Shown piece after piece: positions 51,177 through 61,183 of a DNA stretch of 64,000 nucleotides. Source of the DNA: Williopsis jadinii. Its lineage: Eukaryota. Each line of letters starts with the position of its first letter. Within the stretch, counting starts at the first letter, position 1. The position numbers and the translations under genes are program-made. The notes beneath the pieces were generated by a model. That model saw nothing but the letters and a program-made list of their open reading frames with translations. It ran no database searches and was not told the origin of the DNA. The stretch lies in NCBI GenBank assembly GCA_024346625.1, contig AP024667.1, positions 434,001 through 498,000 on the forward strand, written 5' to 3'.

Positions 51177-52301
51177 TTAGTTCTGCTTCTGAGGAGCAGT
51201 TTCACCAATTGGCAAATAAGTTCCAAAGATCTTGTCCCAGAACCAACTTGTGACACCGAATCCCAATTCGTAGTTCTTGTAGTGATGTTCCAAGTGGTAT
51301 TTCTTGAGCTTTTGCATGTACGCAGGTAGTCTTGCATGGTGTAGGAAGTAGTGCGTCATGTCGTAACAGATGTAACCCAAGAATCCACCAGCGAACCCGG
51401 CACAAGCCATGTAGAATGGGAATATGGAGAAGATGAGCTTATAGAATGGGTAGCACAACACGACAAACAGTGTTGGAGGCATAACCAGTCTATAACGGTC
51501 CATTGGTAGGTAGTGATGGACACCGTGGAGCAAGAAGTGGACTGTGAAGGCCACTGGATGGTCTGGCAAGTAGTAGTCCAGGTGGAATAAGAATCTGTGG
51601 AGGCAATATTCGATGAGAGTCCAAACGAACAATCCAATGGAAAACAACGACAATCCCAGGAACAAGTTCAAGTTTGAGAGACCCAAATAGAGAAGAAACA
51701 AGTCCACAGGCAGCCAAACAGTTGGCACGACCCACCATGGAGTCAAAGAAACAGGCTCCAAAAAGTTACCAAAGAGCGGAGCAGAACCTTTACCGTAGTG
51801 TCTTGGTCTATGCACCTGGTCCAAGTAAAACTCTTTCGAGAAGTCAGCAAACAGCACCTGCAACAACAGAGGCTTGGTCAAGTCCAAGAACTTGTGGTTC
51901 TTCAAATCCCTGTCAAAGTCCGTCACGATGTTGAGCTTCTCATAGGCAGGTGTACCGTGCATAGCCGTTGAGTCAAACTCCTCATCCAGCTTAACCTCCT
52001 GCGAGTGCTTTGGATTAGCTAGAAGCTCCTTCTCCTCCTCTGCAGTGGCCAAATAGCCCACGAGGTAGTTCTCATCCAGCATCTCATACGTCATTTCGGA
52101 GTGTAAATGTGAGGACTCATCGGCCAATATGTCCGTGATGTCCTTACCACCCCATTCGAGGATGAGCTCATCTCCACCTGGATGTTCATCGAGGAAGTCT
52201 GTCACGTCATAGATCTTTCTGTGGTAGAGCGACACCCAGCAGTCCTTCTCGGTGTTGTGAGAGGCCAGGTCGCTCTGTGCAAATAGCGGTAGTGTGGACA
52301 T
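51177..52301 (-). CDS. SCS7: Sphingolipid fatty acid 2-hydroxylase with a cytochrome b5 domain
   Basis: IYDVTDFLDEHPGG, QVHRPRHY and His boxes HRFLFH, HGVHH, HYFLHH and HLEHH. Confidence 0.97.
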   Translation of the reverse strand: MSTLPLFAQSDLASHNTEKDCWVSLYHRKIYDVTDFLDEHPGGDELILEWGGKDITDILADESSHLHSEMTYEMLDENYLVGYLATAEEEKELLANPKHSQEVKLDEEFDSTAMHGTPAYEKLNIVTDFDRDLKNHKFLDLTKPLLLQVLFADFSKEFYLDQVHRPRHYGKGSAPLFGNFLEPVSLTPWWVVPTVWLPVDLFLLYLGLSNLNLFLGLSLFSIGLFVWTLIEYCLHRFLFHLDYYLPDHPVAFTVHFLLHGVHHYLPMDRYRLVMPPTLFVVLCYPFYKLIFSIFPFYMACAGFAGGFLGYICYDMTHYFLHHARLPAYMQKLKKYHLEHHYKNYELGFGVTSWFWDKIFGTYLPIGETAPQKQN

Positions 52302-53370
52302 TGTATTCACCCGAGACGAGACGTTACTTAATACCCGTGTAGGACAAGGCGCCTTGAGAATGGCAAAGAGATCAACAAAGTAATCACACTTGTATCTGTA
52401 GATATCAGCGGTTTAAGAGAGAAAACAGAGGTAATCAGAAGAGAGAAACAAAAAGACAGGTGATAACAACAACGTCTCTGTTTCCTTTTAAATGATTTCT
52501 TTCTTTTTGTTTTTTTAGGTTTCGACCCCTATGCGTAAACGAAGTATTTGAAAGTTTGAACGTGATTTTTTTATAGGCAGTTCCCGTTCTGGAAAATGTA
52601 TGTGGTGTTTTTCCTTTGCGTGGCCATGCGAGATTTTCTACTCAGCCCATTTTTTGTGTGCGTGTGTGCTGTTTTTCTCTCTGAATTTCCTCTCTGTAAT
52701 GTTTCCTAGGCAACAGAAGGCGAAAGCGTTCATGGATAATCGGGATGATCGATTAAATCGTCTCATGACCACTGTTTGTTGTCCGCGTGTGTGTGTTCAC
52801 AGGATGTTCACAGCACGATCTGGCACCACAGGCCACACCTGATGTGCGGATGTGGCCACGCCCAAGTAGTCGTACTAGAAGAGTACCACTTATGGACGCC
52901 TCCTTCTTAGCACGGTGCGTATGCCGGTATAACTACAATCTACCAAATCTGCATATATGCCAACCAAGTAGTACCTCACCAACCAGGCCGTGCACCGTTA
53001 GTGGGAGACACTTGTCGACTACGATGCCACCTCTCCCTGGGGCTGGCTACTTATGGTTGGAAGATCCACATCTTCCCTGACCACTTGGAGGACCACCTAC
53101 TCGCCACAAGTGGTCAGTGGCTCTGCGCGGTCTTCTCTTTCTGGTATATCTGTGCCCAGTGGGGTTCTTCCTCGAAATGTCCAGGAACCAATATCTGACA
53201 GTGGTCTGGATGCCCTTTAAATCATCCAATACGTTACGCTTCCAGAGTTGTCTCTTGTTTTAGATATCTCCTTGTCTCTTTAAAATAAACTAAGCATAGC
53301 TATAAAACCGTCCAATTCCTGAACAAAGATTACTAAGCAACCGCGCTGTTAATCTTACGCGTAGACCATC

Positions 53371-53451
53371 ATGTCCATTTTGTCCGTTTTGTCCATTTTG
53401 TCCTTTTTGTCCATTTTATCCATTTTCTCGATCATGTCCATTTTGTCCATT
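53371..53451. repeat. 9-bp tandem repeat (WTGTCCATT) x9, degenerate
   Basis: atgtccatt ttgtccgtt ttgtccatt ttgtccttt ttgtccatt ttatccatt ttctcgatc atgtccatt ttgtccatt. Confidence 0.9.
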
Positions 53452-53958
53452 TGGTTCCTGAAAAAAGGAAAAAAACTGCTCCACAGTCTCCGGACATGTC
53501 GACGCGTTCCTGTGTCTGTCTCTGTTTTTCGTCTTTTTGTCCAAATCTTCACCGAACCGTTTTTCGTAACTGAAATTTTGGCGTACAGACGAAAGACAGA
53601 GCGGGAAACAAAAGCCATAACAACAGCCATTGAAGTTTTGTTTCTTAAGACGGCGACTTCTTTGAGGATCTTTTGGTTACTTAAATCTTGTTTTAAAGGG
53701 ATAAACATCACAGCCTACACCATTGGTCATCTTTCATTAACTCATCCGTTCCTTATTCGTAAGATTCCATTTGGTTTTGCTTGGTTCTTTTCTTCGATTG
53801 ATTTTGGCCATCTGAGTTTGTTAATCTTGAAACCCTGCACTTTATCGTCCAAGCGCTGGCGATCACTCTATCTCTGTCTCAGTGGTCACACTTTGAAACA
53901 CTTCGCTACGTTCCACGGCGTGTTCTAGTCCAAAAAGTACTAGGATTAAGGTATTCAC

Positions 53959-56220
53959 ATGTCAGGAGGCTCGATTGGTCCCGGATCCACGGGCAGACCC
54001 ACGCTTCGCAGGGACATCTCAGATCATCATGGGGAACACAACGTGGAAAAGTCAAAGAGAAAGTCGAATGCCTACTTGGCCGCAGAGGCTGTTCAGCAGG
54101 AGCGTGATGTTCTCAAAGCTTTGAAACGGCTATCAATGAGTGGGTCTTTGACAATGGACCCTGATTTACCAGCAGAATATGACTTACAGGATTACCAGAA
54201 GAAACAGCAGAGGAAGAGCACTGGCTCCATTTCGTCGTCGAGCTCCTCGTTCGATGATGATAACGACAGCTCATTTCTTGACCATTACGTCAACAATTCG
54301 TTTGAAGGCTTGACGGATGACGTTGGTGGTACAGACGACGTCTCTTCTAAGCAGATTGATACTGAGAAATTGCTCTGGGTCCCTGCAAAGGCTCATCCAA
54401 GCATAGCACCGGACCAGTTCAAGAGACACGTACAGTCTACGCTGGATGATATGACGAAGAAACTGCATAAGAAAACAAACGAACCAATACCTTCTTTGAA
54501 GGAGTTGACAGATGAATTGGATAAGTTATCTGAAATGGCAGGGCTATCCGCAACAGATGCGGTTTCATTGGCTCGAAGCTTATCCAGTGCAAGCTCTTCT
54601 TCATCATTTGTATACTCACCAACGTCTGAAACTCCTGAGGAAGTTAATCGTCAATCTGAAGATGAAATTGATCAAGACTCCCCGTTGATATATACCGATT
54701 CATCGAATTCATTGAAGAGAAACAAATGGACAACTTATTCAAGAAGAAGACCTCCAAGATTTGATAAGAATAAGCTTGATAAGGATAGTCTAGGAAAACA
54801 ATCGTTGCTAAAGAATCCTCCATCCACTGAAACCAGCGACTCGGCTCTACAGAAACAGCGTGAGACGCACAATGAGCTGGACAATACCCAACCACAGCAT
54901 CAGCAGAAAGAACAGCAGCAACAACAGGTATCACAGAAGAAGTTACAGCATCCATACCGGCCAACTCAGAGATCTGTGTCATCCTCTGATAATTTCAACA
55001 ACAGAGATGAGACCAGTGCTACAAATCTTCAAAGGTCACAATCTGATATAAGCTCGTCATCGGCGATTAAACGGACGAACCACGCAAGAAACAGGCATAC
55101 TGGCTCAGTTATTGATCTTCCAGAGAACACCGTACAGTTAGAAGCACAGTCACAGAGTCATGAAGGAACCAAAGAATTGCCTCAACAATCACTAGTGCTC
55201 CCACAACATCAACCTCCTCAGCAGCGGAAAGTATCACCTTTGAGTCATGAAGTACAGGAAAGGCCCTCTTTGACTTCATCTTCAATGTTAAGTAAGCCAG
55301 ATGCTACCGTAATAGCACAAGACGTTACAGAAGCTCCAACTCCACTGGGTAGCCCAAAGGAGAAGGAGAAGGAGAAGGAAAAATCTATATCAAAAGAATT
55401 CTTGAATCTGTTCAAGATGAAGCGTTCACCTTCGCCAAAGCTGAAGGAAAGCAAGAAGATCACCACCTCATCGAAAACATATGTTGTTGATTCTACATCG
55501 GATTCGAAGAAATCACCAGATGACTCGCAACAACAGAGATCTTCTACGAAGGAACAAAAGGGTTTCAGGATTCCATCGCAAAAGTCTGGTCATCTCCCCT
55601 TTATGAAGAAGGATGATAAGACAAAACAACAAAAGACAGTACAAGAATCAGTCACCGTTGCATCCACTGAGATCACACAACAAGACGAACATCAATCTCA
55701 GAAGCACAAGCAGCAGCAGCAACAACAACAAAAGCAACAACATCAACGACAATATCTGGCTGCACAACAACACGTACCACAGCATCCTCAAGTACACCAA
55801 GAACAAGCAAGTGATTACCCTGGTGGCTTGACTGAGGAACAATATCACACGAAGAAGGAATCACTCGCTCGTAAACTAACAGAATGTACAGAACTGCAAA
55901 GATCAACGAAACCCAATGCTCCAATACAATTCACCGACTCTGCATTTGGATTCCCACTGCCTCCAATGTCCCGTTCCACCATTGTCATGTTGGATTACAG
56001 ATTCCCAGTTCATGTGGAAAGGGCATTATACCGTCTGAGTCACTTGAAATTGGCAAATCCAAGAAGACCGTTGAGACAGCAAGTTCTACTATCCAACTTC
56101 ATGTATGCGTATTTGAATCTCGTGAACCATACACTTTATCTTCAACAATTGGATGAAGAACAAAAGGACAATGCAGTTACTACCGGTGGTGGTATTGATA
56201 CACGTACAGATTTCCACTGA
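53959..56220 (+). CDS. ZDS1: Zds1/Zds2 PP2A-Cdc55 regulator
   Basis: ALKRLS...DPDLP, LLWVPAKAHP.IAP, FTDSAFGFPLPP and the Zds_C domain RFPVHVERALYRLSHLKLANPRRPLRQQVLLSNFMYAYL. Lies between SCS7 and RCE1 and has a polyQ tract. Confidence 0.93.
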   Translation: MSGGSIGPGSTGRPTLRRDISDHHGEHNVEKSKRKSNAYLAAEAVQQERDVLKALKRLSMSGSLTMDPDLPAEYDLQDYQKKQQRKSTGSISSSSSSFDDDNDSSFLDHYVNNSFEGLTDDVGGTDDVSSKQIDTEKLLWVPAKAHPSIAPDQFKRHVQSTLDDMTKKLHKKTNEPIPSLKELTDELDKLSEMAGLSATDAVSLARSLSSASSSSSFVYSPTSETPEEVNRQSEDEIDQDSPLIYTDSSNSLKRNKWTTYSRRRPPRFDKNKLDKDSLGKQSLLKNPPSTETSDSALQKQRETHNELDNTQPQHQQKEQQQQQVSQKKLQHPYRPTQRSVSSSDNFNNRDETSATNLQRSQSDISSSSAIKRTNHARNRHTGSVIDLPENTVQLEAQSQSHEGTKELPQQSLVLPQHQPPQQRKVSPLSHEVQERPSLTSSSMLSKPDATVIAQDVTEAPTPLGSPKEKEKEKEKSISKEFLNLFKMKRSPSPKLKESKKITTSSKTYVVDSTSDSKKSPDDSQQQRSSTKEQKGFRIPSQKSGHLPFMKKDDKTKQQKTVQESVTVASTEITQQDEHQSQKHKQQQQQQQKQQHQRQYLAAQQHVPQHPQVHQEQASDYPGGLTEEQYHTKKESLARKLTECTELQRSTKPNAPIQFTDSAFGFPLPPMSRSTIVMLDYRFPVHVERALYRLSHLKLANPRRPLRQQVLLSNFMYAYLNLVNHTLYLQQLDEEQKDNAVTTGGGIDTRTDFH

Positions 56221-56342
56221 AATCATTTGTTCTGGTGAACAATTTACAGTGATATATGGAAACTGAAATGAACTCTTCTCTTTCTCTATTAACGACTCTA
56301 ATGTTATATTCATCTTTTACCAATGCAAACTCGTAGCATGCG

Positions 56343-57182
56343 TTACGCTTCTGTATACTCTGACTGTGTGAGAGGATAGAGAAGTTCTTTGAACAGGTAT
56401 GCCCCCAATGCTAATAAACAGTAGTATATATATCTCCACGACTTCCACCTTGGTGTGTCAATCGAGATTGATGGCACCCCCATGTGATTGCAGAATGAGT
56501 GTGCAACAATACATCCCCATACGTTTCTTTGTCTCAAGAAGACAAAATCTGTGAATATTCCAAAAAGCAAGGTATAGAGAACCTGGAACGCTGTTGAGAG
56601 GACAATCGTCGGCACTGGAGCAGCTCTATTCATATAGAGCTCGATTCCATGATGAACATGTGCAAGACTGAAGAACAGAGGTGGTAGCATGATCAGTATC
56701 TTGTCCGATGACGTATAAGGCGACTGTGATAATGTCGTGATGATTGCAGCTGTATATAGCACTTCCTCCGTTAATGGAGCGATGACAACATCCCTTATAC
56801 CTCTCAGCGTCGTGAAATGGTCGACAAAGAGCTTCAAGGTGTACAAAGCATCTCCAGTTTCAACAACATCGTTCAATATTGGCCCGATGAAGAGAGCCAT
56901 CATCAGCAACAGGGTATTAAAGATATCCTTCGCAGAGCTCGGAATAACACCCATCTCACCAAAGATCTCTGAGCCAGACTTCCCAGTGAGCCATGATAAT
57001 ACAAGAGGCAGAGCAATTATCGTAAAGACCGTGAATATCGTTATAGCTGTCAGTCTTCTCCGTATCACAACTGGATCGTTTCTATTCATCCGTCCTTCGG
57101 GAATCTTTATGTGAAGTACAGCCACATAGAGAAACGATATCAGCAGCGAAATCGATATCGTGATACCAGCAGACAATGCCAT
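56343..57182 (-). CDS. RCE1: CAAX prenyl protease 2
   Basis: RNDP.VIRRR, RDVVIAPLTEE, FFSLAHVHH, FQ..YT.LFG and AHSFCNHMG.P. Confidence 0.93.
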   Translation of the reverse strand: MALSAGITISISLLISFLYVAVLHIKIPEGRMNRNDPVVIRRRLTAITIFTVFTIIALPLVLSWLTGKSGSEIFGEMGVIPSSAKDIFNTLLLMMALFIGPILNDVVETGDALYTLKLFVDHFTTLRGIRDVVIAPLTEEVLYTAAIITTLSQSPYTSSDKILIMLPPLFFSLAHVHHGIELYMNRAAPVPTIVLSTAFQVLYTLLFGIFTDFVFLRQRNVWGCIVAHSFCNHMGVPSISIDTPRWKSWRYIYYCLLALGAYLFKELLYPLTQSEYTEA

Positions 57183-57375
57183 ACTGTTAGATGATCAATT
57201 GATACCCTCTGGATAGGAGGACTACCCATGAATCCTATAGCAGCCAATCATCAACATCAGAAGAGAAAAAAAATCGGTGTACTTCATCTACGCATTGTCT
57301 ATTCCGAAAACGGAAATACTGACCGAGGGCATCTACATAGAACATCATCATCAGAGAGAACGAAAACAGGGTAAA

Positions 57376-59344
57376 TTATGGCCTGGAGAAGGTCAGCTTA
57401 TATATAGAGAGTGTCAGTACACTGATGAAGCCAATTGCACTGGCGCCAATGACGACATTGGACAAGTGATCCGGCTGAACCTCCGGTTCCAGCCCTGGGG
57501 TAGCGATGCTAGGCTGGTGAGATGCCTCAACGAGTTGGATGAAGAGCTCCGACATGGATGATGACCACGTGGATGATATATGGAGAGGTGGAGGCAGGTA
57601 CAGTGACTGTGCGAAGTCCTCGGGCTGGGTGTCGCACCGTTGCTGCTGACGATCACGGTCAGCCTTGAGAGCAACAATGATTGTGGGGATCTTGTTGATC
57701 AAGGGATGTTTCTGGAACAGCTCAATGATATAATGGAAACTGTCAGGATCAGAAGAGTCGTAGGCCATACATAGCACATCGCACTGTTGCAACCGTGCCT
57801 CGTTGTCCAGGATTGCAGGTTCGAGCTCTGCCAGCTCCTCTAGAATCAAATACACTTGTTTTCCTCCCTTCAGCTCGACACTGTTCACAACGATCCGAGG
57901 CTTAATGGTTGGATTGTAGACCTCTGAGTACTGTCTTCCGAGGAAGGCCTCCAGTAGAGAGGATTTACCACTCTTAGGTCCTCCAAGGACATAACAGTTG
58001 AACACAGTACGGTCGTTGACGTTGACCCGAACCTGTGATCCATTCTTAGTTCGTTCCTTCCTTGCCTTGGTGACTTTCAATGCAGCAGTCAGTCCATTCT
58101 TTGATTCGAATCCCAGATACGCGAGGTACGATAGCGTGATCTTATAGTCGAGGAAAGTTGTCATGCTCCACTGGGCAAGCCATCCTTGTAACGTCACATA
58201 GCCTTGCTCATTTCTTACTGTCGTCTGTGGGAAGTTCGTTTCAACCCACGCTTCTGGTATGCCAGGAGTCGGTCTGAACAAAGACCTGATCTCCTGGTCG
58301 TTCAGTCCACCATCGTTGTCCTTGTCAAAGAGTAGGAACAGATCGACAAAGAATCTGTAGCCCATGGGACTCAGCTCAACGCTCGAGTTTCTTGGAACGT
58401 CCAGCTTAGGAAGAAGGAACCTGTCGTTAAGAGACAGGGAGTCTGTGTAGTGGAAAGTACGCAGTATTCCCCAAGTGGTTTCATGTCTTCCACGCTCAGC
58501 GAATATCTTGTTCAAAATGAGGAACCCGTCCTCTGTTAGTCCACACTCAGAGAATGAGCCGTTCTTGACACCGTTAACAGTTTGTTTAATATCAGCTATA
58601 TCATTGATGTCCAAGCTTCTTCCAAAGCATTTCATCTGTAACGCTAAGAACTCATCCTCGCTCAGATAGCCGTCTTGGTCCTTGTCAGATAGGAAGAATA
58701 TCCTTGACAGTGCGTCCACAGCGTCCTGTTTCAAGTTGCCCTCTTTGGCATCATAGAGAGGTGATATTGGATACGTGACGGCTCTCTGGCACAGATAGAA
58801 GGCCTGGTTGATGTTGTACTTATCCCTGGCGCTGCATCGTATACAGCTCTCAACCTCCTTGAACTCCTTCAATATCGGTATGAATTCATCGTGAATGACT
58901 CTGTCTGAGTCCAGCCCGACGTCTGCCTTGTTGGCACACAGAACGACTGGTAAGTTGACGCCCATTGAGCGGAACACATTCATCCAATAAAGGGAGATTC
59001 GTTCATACGTGTAGTGGTCAGAGTACACTAGCCAAATGACGTCTGCCTTCCGTATCTCATGCTGTAGAGCCGGTATGTCCTGTGAGTTTGTATCCACCAG
59101 TATTGTCGAGTTGGGAGAGTACCTGGACGAGCTGAAGTCTCTTGGAATTGTTATAGGTGGTAAAACATCCTGGATATTAGGTACGAAGGCATCCTTCACC
59201 AGCGCAGTAATCAGGCACGATTTGCCAACACCTGTGGGTTCAATGTGACCGTTAGTACTAATATACACGTATTTGTTATCGTGCCACGGTGTATAGCATA
59301 CCTTCGTCACCACAAACAACGACTCTGATGGTATCTTTCGACAT
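57376..59344 (-). CDS. GEM1: Mitochondrial Rho GTPase Miro. Exons 59344-59302 and 59231-57376
   Basis: Intron 59301-59232 (GTATGC..TACTAAC..CAG) restores MSKDTIRVVVCGDEG|VGKS. EF hands DKDQDG and DKDNDG, a second GTPase domain and a C-terminal TM. Confidence 0.96.
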
Positions 59345-59538
59345 TGTCTGTTGTCCTTACGCTGCTGGTGAACTGTAGAGGTTCAAGATGAAAGTTGAAA
59401 ATGGGGAAAGGCCACACACATCAACGCAGTACCACTACGGCTCTACACTGACTACAGAAGGCACCACGCTGGGCCAATTGGCATAACAAAAGTCTTCATT
59501 ATTACACTATATCATTGCTTACTTTTCTAGTCCAAAAC

Positions 59539-60057
59539 CTAAGAAGTGAACTCCATGATGGCGTTGACCAAGTCGTTGTCGTGCTTCTTCAAAGCCTTAG
59601 CAGCCTTGGCTCTGGAGACACCAGCTTGCTCCATGACAACCTTCAAGTTCTCCTCGGACAAGCCAGTCTCGTCAACTTCCTCGTCGTCCTCCTCCTCAGC
59701 AGCTGGGCCAGAGATGGCGGCAGCCTCCAAGTCAGCAGTGATGGAGGCTGGGTCCTTTGGAGCCAACTCCTCCTCAGCACCAACTTGCTGTTGAGCCTGT
59801 TGCAATCTCTCGGTCAAGTCCTCGAGCTTGGCCTCACCAAAGACAATGTAGGTACCGGCAGCAGACTTGTAAACGTCTGGTCTGTCAATGGCGTAGATCT
59901 GGTTACCAGCCTTTCTGAAAGTGACTCTGGCAATTCCCTTGACTGGACGCAAGTTCAACTTGGCGATCAAGGCACGGGCCTTCTTCTCGTTCTTGGAGAT
60001 GACGGTGACTTCAGCACCTTGTGGGATCTCTTCTGGCAACTCTTCGATCTTGGACAT
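59539..60057 (-). CDS. EGD2: Nascent polypeptide-associated complex alpha subunit
   Basis: SKNEKKAR, PDVYKS..GTYIVFGEAK and a UBA-like tail VMEQAGVSR.KA..AL...NDLVNAIM. Confidence 0.96.
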   Translation of the reverse strand: MSKIEELPEEIPQGAEVTVISKNEKKARALIAKLNLRPVKGIARVTFRKAGNQIYAIDRPDVYKSAAGTYIVFGEAKLEDLTERLQQAQQQVGAEEELAPKDPASITADLEAAAISGPAAEEEDDEEVDETGLSEENLKVVMEQAGVSRAKAAKALKKHDNDLVNAIMEFTS

Positions 60058-60362
60058 TGTTTAATTTGTACGTGTTGTGACGTTCTACTCAGCAGGGAAA
60101 AGGGAAGAGAAAAGTGCTTCGACGGTGAATTTTTCACTTTGTCGGCGTCGTCGACGCAGAGTTCGCCTGGGTGGTACGGCCACACTTTTACGACGAGAGG
60201 GTAACCGTTAGTCGGTTGTATACGGCTCATGGCCATGGTGTGCTACTCTTTTGATGGTGTACATGTATAATACGATGGTACTGTTCATTAGTTCGTGGAT
60301 GCCAGATTCAATTGTGCTTGCCTTCTCTAGTTTTACAGTGGTGTTTTCGTTCAGTGCTTTCA

Positions 60363-60896
60363 TCAGTCGTAACTCTCCAGCCTCGAGGCCCTCACTTCAC
60401 GGCCACCACAGGGCACTCTGCCGACTCGACTAGGAGGCCATATGATCGCCGTGGCCTTTCCCACGACCAGGCCCGAGCTGATTGGTCCGAACGTGTTCGA
60501 GTCTATCGAATGGATGTTGTCGCCCTCCACCCAGAGGTGGTTGCGCGGGATGTGACAGTGATCCCTTGGGTACGGCGAGCGGGTCATGACCATGTCGCCT
60601 TGTACACCTTTGACACGTTTACACAGCACTTTCTCCGGGTTCTGGGGCGACCTGAACAGCACAACGTCGTCCACCTTGAGCCCATTGTGCTCTCTCAATC
60701 CAAACTTCCACAGAAAGACCCAGTCCTGCGAATGGTCGCTCGGGTTGAACGTTGGACGCATCGACGAGCCTTCAATCTTGCCGAAATAGCACACATGTTC
60801 ATTGGCCACGATCATCACGGGCACCCACGATGCAACAACCAACGACGCGTTCTTCGCATACTCCAGTGACCTCTTGTTCCTTGTAAACCACGACAT
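60363..60896 (-). CDS. IMP2: Mitochondrial inner membrane peptidase subunit 2
   Basis: SWVPV, GSSMRPTFNP, SPQNP...CKRVKG and WVEGDN.HSIDSNTFGPISSGLV.GKA..IIWPPSR. Confidence 0.9.
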   Translation of the reverse strand: MSWFTRNKRSLEYAKNASLVVASWVPVMIVANEHVCYFGKIEGSSMRPTFNPSDHSQDWVFLWKFGLREHNGLKVDDVVLFRSPQNPEKVLCKRVKGVQGDMVMTRSPYPRDHCHIPRNHLWVEGDNIHSIDSNTFGPISSGLVVGKATAIIWPPSRVGRVPCGGREVRASRLESYD

Positions 60897-61183
60897 CGCC
60901 CTCTCGCCTCAGCTTGTCCCCGGTTGCTCGCTCCTCAAAGTCCAAGCCTTCATCGAACTGTCACGTGTAGTAGTTAGTAGTTTCCATAGGAATGTATGAG
61001 CTTTCCCGCTGTGTATCGTGGTGTCTGGGTTTCCGGCCCTGTTGCCCCATGTGGTAAGCGGCCCGGACATGAGCACGAAAAGAAGCCTCGCAATAATCAA
61101 AACAAACATATGTCTCTCTCTCTCTTTCTCTCTGTTTCTTCTCTTCTGTCTGCATCTTGGATTCTGAGTATATATAAGAGGCC

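Noticed and set aside
59232..59319. Track ORF start for GEM1 (MFVVTKVC...) reading through the intron
   Set aside because: It starts at a non-ATG codon and lacks the P-loop. The spliced model restores CGDEGVGKS.
60909..60953. Short uORFs before IMP2 (14 aa) and before MCP1 (19681-19752, 23 aa)
   Set aside because: They may lie upstream of the TSS, and such ORFs are frequent by chance.
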